Source: Shigella phage Sf12
Reading direction: 5' to 3' (one strand)
Length of the DNA stretch: 47,647 nt
Sequence record: MF158039
This document shows positions 45,658 through 47,647 of this stretch, piece by piece. Both the position numbers and the translations under genes were made by a program. The notes under the pieces were generated by a model. The model made no database searches. It saw only the letters and a list, made by a program, of their open reading frames with translations, and had not been told where the DNA came from. Position 1 is the stretch's first letter, and the number at the start of each line of letters is the position of its first letter.

Positions 45658-45894
45658 TCACTTATATTGACTAGCCAGCTGGCAACCTGATAGCGCCGTG
45701 CAAATCTGCTCGTATCGACTCCATGCGGTATCGGCATCCCATGGGAGTTCATTTTCGTCGAACTCTTGGTTGCGAATCTGATTTAAAACCTCCGCGATGA
45801 CGCCTGAATCCTGGAACATTCCTTTTGAGTCGAAGTACTGAAGTGCTACTTTCAGTGCAAATGCGTGCTCTTCTGACAGGTTAATAGTAATCAT
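45658..45894 (-). CDS. Hypothetical protein, 78 aa
   Basis: ORF track; ATGA coupling to a 30-codon ORF upstream. Confidence 0.4.
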   Translation of the reverse strand: MITINLSEEHAFALKVALQYFDSKGMFQDSGVIAEVLNQIRNQEFDENELPWDADTAWSRYEQICTALSGCQLASQYK

Positions 45895-46019
45895 TTTCCA
45901 AGTACCCCTTTGGTTTTTAGGTTTTTGCGGTAGAATTGCATAATGTGCTGATTGTAATAATTACTTGATGGATACTCTTTCATCTTTTTACCCTCTCCTC
46001 CCGTTTGGTTGATAGGGTA

Positions 46020-46066
46020 ATCATAGCTGACTACCCGATTTATTGTTTAGCAATTCGTGCTATTTA
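46020..46066 (-). promoter_or_regulatory. Junction cassette copy: palindrome (46048..46062), -10-like TATGAT (complement of 46020..46025)
   Basis: ttgtttagcaattcgtgctattta; 22-bp gap. Confidence 0.55.
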
Positions 46067-46605
46067 CCAGTCAGGGGATATTTCTTCTTCCTCTTAAGCC
46101 TCTCGATCTGCTCATCAATAGCCTTGATAGTAATCTCGTCAACAATCTTCTCGCAATCCTCGATGTTGAAGTCATCTTCCAGTGGCTTAACCTTGTAAGT
46201 CCAGTCCTGGTCGCCATCCAGCAGTCTAGGGTTGATGTAAATCTTATCGCCGATTAGACATGTATAACAAAGTTTATCCAGGCTTGGGATGATGACGTCC
46301 TTAATCTCCCGCATCACTCCACTCCGACCTTCGAATGGCTTAACTTTACGTGCCGACTCATATATTGACCTAAGGCCAACGACACCTTTACTGTTCATGC
46401 CCTGTTTAATGAGGATATCTATAGCCTTTAATGTGTCACGGTTAAGCTCAAAATCTTTCACCGCAGAAAGCTCTGGCCAGTAGTCCAGAGACTGCTTATA
46501 TCCGTTAGCATTGATTGCCACTCGCAACGGCGGCAAATTGTCTGCCGACGCTATCAACAACACTTGTTCGCTAGTTAGCTTATCTTCGTTGAAATCAAAC
46601 ATCAT
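46060..46605 (-). CDS. Short paralog (181 aa) of the 527-aa P-loop protein, lacking the central ATPase segment
   Basis: MMFDFNEDKLTSEQV..NLPPLRVAINANGY and KGVVGLRSIYESARKVKPFE..CLIGDKIYINPRLL match 1479..3062 ends. Confidence 0.6.
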   Translation of the reverse strand: MMFDFNEDKLTSEQVLLIASADNLPPLRVAINANGYKQSLDYWPELSAVKDFELNRDTLKAIDILIKQGMNSKGVVGLRSIYESARKVKPFEGRSGVMREIKDVIIPSLDKLCYTCLIGDKIYINPRLLDGDQDWTYKVKPLEDDFNIEDCEKIVDEITIKAIDEQIERLKRKKKYPLTGK

Positions 46606-47087
46606 TTAATATCCTCAATAATTAAACGGTAATCTTTAATCGCTTTCATCGCTGCTGCAAGAGCATCTCCTTCATACTCTGATAAGTCTGGCATAACCTT
46701 TGAGATCTTGGTCTTAAACTCGGCAATCGCCCCATCTTTTACTGCGTCGTTAGTCTTCTTTCTGATTCCAATGTTCACTTCGCCAGGGATTAACTTGATG
46801 ACTAATTTTCTTTCACCAGCTATCTCAGTTAAACCGAATTCAGTGTTACCCTCATCATCATCGTAGAAATGAGTTGCTTTGAGGCCAGCGTCCCTCAGCT
46901 CAGTCATGCGCGCAGTTGTATTGTAAATGTATGAGCTCTTAAGTTTTGACATTGATTCACCATCATCCCCTATAAGGCTCTCAATCTTATTCAATGACAC
47001 GCTGAATGTCTTATCTTCAGACTTTAGTGCTTGCCTTGTCATTTCTCGAATTACCTGGCCAAGCGTCACTTTTTCTTTCATCTTCAT
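46602..47087 (-). CDS. Hypothetical protein, 161 aa; first gene of the leftward right-end operon
   Basis: ORF track; consensus sigma70-like promoter upstream. Confidence 0.5.
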   Translation of the reverse strand: MKMKEKVTLGQVIREMTRQALKSEDKTFSVSLNKIESLIGDDGESMSKLKSSYIYNTTARMTELRDAGLKATHFYDDDEGNTEFGLTEIAGERKLVIKLIPGEVNIGIRKKTNDAVKDGAIAEFKTKISKVMPDLSEYEGDALAAAMKAIKDYRLIIEDIK

Positions 47088-47112
47088 ATCTCCTCTCGTT
47101 TAAGTTGAGTAA

Positions 47113-47141
47113 ATCATATACCGACTTACGCATGTAGTCAA
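47113..47141 (-). promoter_or_regulatory. Consensus-like sigma70 promoter (TTGACT-17 bp-TATGAT) reading leftward from the right end
   Basis: Minus strand cTTGACTacatgcgtaagtcggtaTATGATttactcaacttaaacgagaggagatATG. Confidence 0.55.
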
Positions 47142-47331
47142 GCGTAATTCTTGGTAAATTTTAGGGGGTCTTACGCCAAATGGCACCTTAGCTCAGTCAT
47201 GGCTTAATGTAGTTCGTGGTAACGCCTGTAACGAAGCAAATGGTCGGTTAGACCCCCGCACTGTCGTAATGTGTCCATAGATAGCAATTATGTATTCTGA
47301 TAGGAAAAAACACACAGATACCCGTGGAACC

Positions 47332-47380
47332 CCAGTTACACTAGTTACATACAATAATATTAATAATAATAATAATAATA
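47332..47380. repeat. AGTTACACTA plus (TAA)n low-complexity element, also present at 18572..18613
   Basis: agttacactagttacatacaataatattaataataataataataata versus agttacactatatacaaacaaatatagtaataataataatta. Confidence 0.6.
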
Positions 47381-47390
47381 GAAAGAAGAT

Positions 47391-47647
47391 ATATATATAT
47401 ATTAAGGACTTATGGCGTAAGTCATGGCGTAGCTTGGCGTACCTCGCGTAACGATGGCGGCTCAGCTTACATCGCGCTACTGAGGTTACGTGTATATGAA
47501 GGAAAAGGCCATGGCGAGCGATAAAACCAACCAACTAGTTGATACACTCCCCTTCATTCCATCCATCCATCAACCATTGCTCAATTCGCAACAGTCCAGA
47601 AAATCATTGCAATCGATGCAATATTGCTATACATGCAATAGTACTGT
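47391..47647. repeat. Terminal direct repeat, right copy (identical to 1..257)
   Basis: Exact identity read directly. Confidence 0.9.

Noticed and set aside
297-46066. Junction palindrome as a sigma54 promoter (TGGCAC-N5-TTGC-like)
   Set aside because: The invariant -24 GG is AG here and the GG-to-GC spacing is two bases short; a -10-like hexamer at fixed distance fits a sigma70-type promoter better
47195-47280. tRNA-like string ttagctcagtcatgg
   Set aside because: Could not be folded into a cloverleaf: no complementary D stem and no T-loop
47193-47534. 113-aa minus-strand ORF spanning the (TAA)n tract and terminal repeat
   Set aside because: Low-complexity Leu/Ile run translated from the TAA repeat; crosses the repeat boundary; no ribosome-binding site
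1-47647. Lysogeny module (integrase, CI-like repressor, attP)
   Set aside because: No ORF with integrase size or motifs; the only HTH proteins sit in replication context, so the phage is treated as probably virulent

Overview
The window is a near-complete genome of a virulent-looking tailed dsDNA phage, about 47.4 kb per unit, with siphovirus-type architecture. Its first 257 bp are identical to its last 257 bp (1..257 = 47391..47647), so it is either a linear genome with a direct terminal repeat or a wrapped circular/permuted assembly. Gene content, read from the translations, is: a left arm of small early genes plus a 527-aa P-loop protein (+ strand, 371..3401); a lysis cassette (pinholin, SAR endolysin, unimolecular spanin; 3415..4498); a replication/recombination block (HTH-metallophosphoesterase, VRR-NUC nuclease, SF2 helicase, zinc-ribbon primase, SSB, Erf-like annealing protein, PD-(D/E)XK exonuclease); a side tail fiber with C-terminal intramolecular-chaperone domain; an AT-rich control region (18349..18823); a lipoprotein gene convergent on the tail module; a lambda-like tail-tip set (M, L, K, I, J), tape measure, G/T chaperones and major tail protein; a head module (major capsid protein, collagen-like protein, SGNH esterase, scaffold-like protein, portal, large and small terminase); one tRNA-Arg(CCU); and five HNH homing-endonuclease genes, two of them disrupted. 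No integrase or CI-like repressor was recognised. The most striking unexplained signal is a gene-junction cassette present in about 15 copies: a 15-bp palindrome TAGCA-N5-TGCTA that often contains the upstream gene's stop codon, usually followed 22-23 bp later by a -10-like hexamer and a conserved leader (CATCGAAACGAGAGGA) ending at the start codon. Other candidates for new biology are a Cor/Llp-like lipoprotein, an SGNH esterase paired with a collagen-like protein in the head module, an HTH-metallophosphoesterase fusion, and an inverted paralog pair flanking the genome ends. All functional calls come from motifs recognised by eye and remembered family features; no database search or structure prediction was run.
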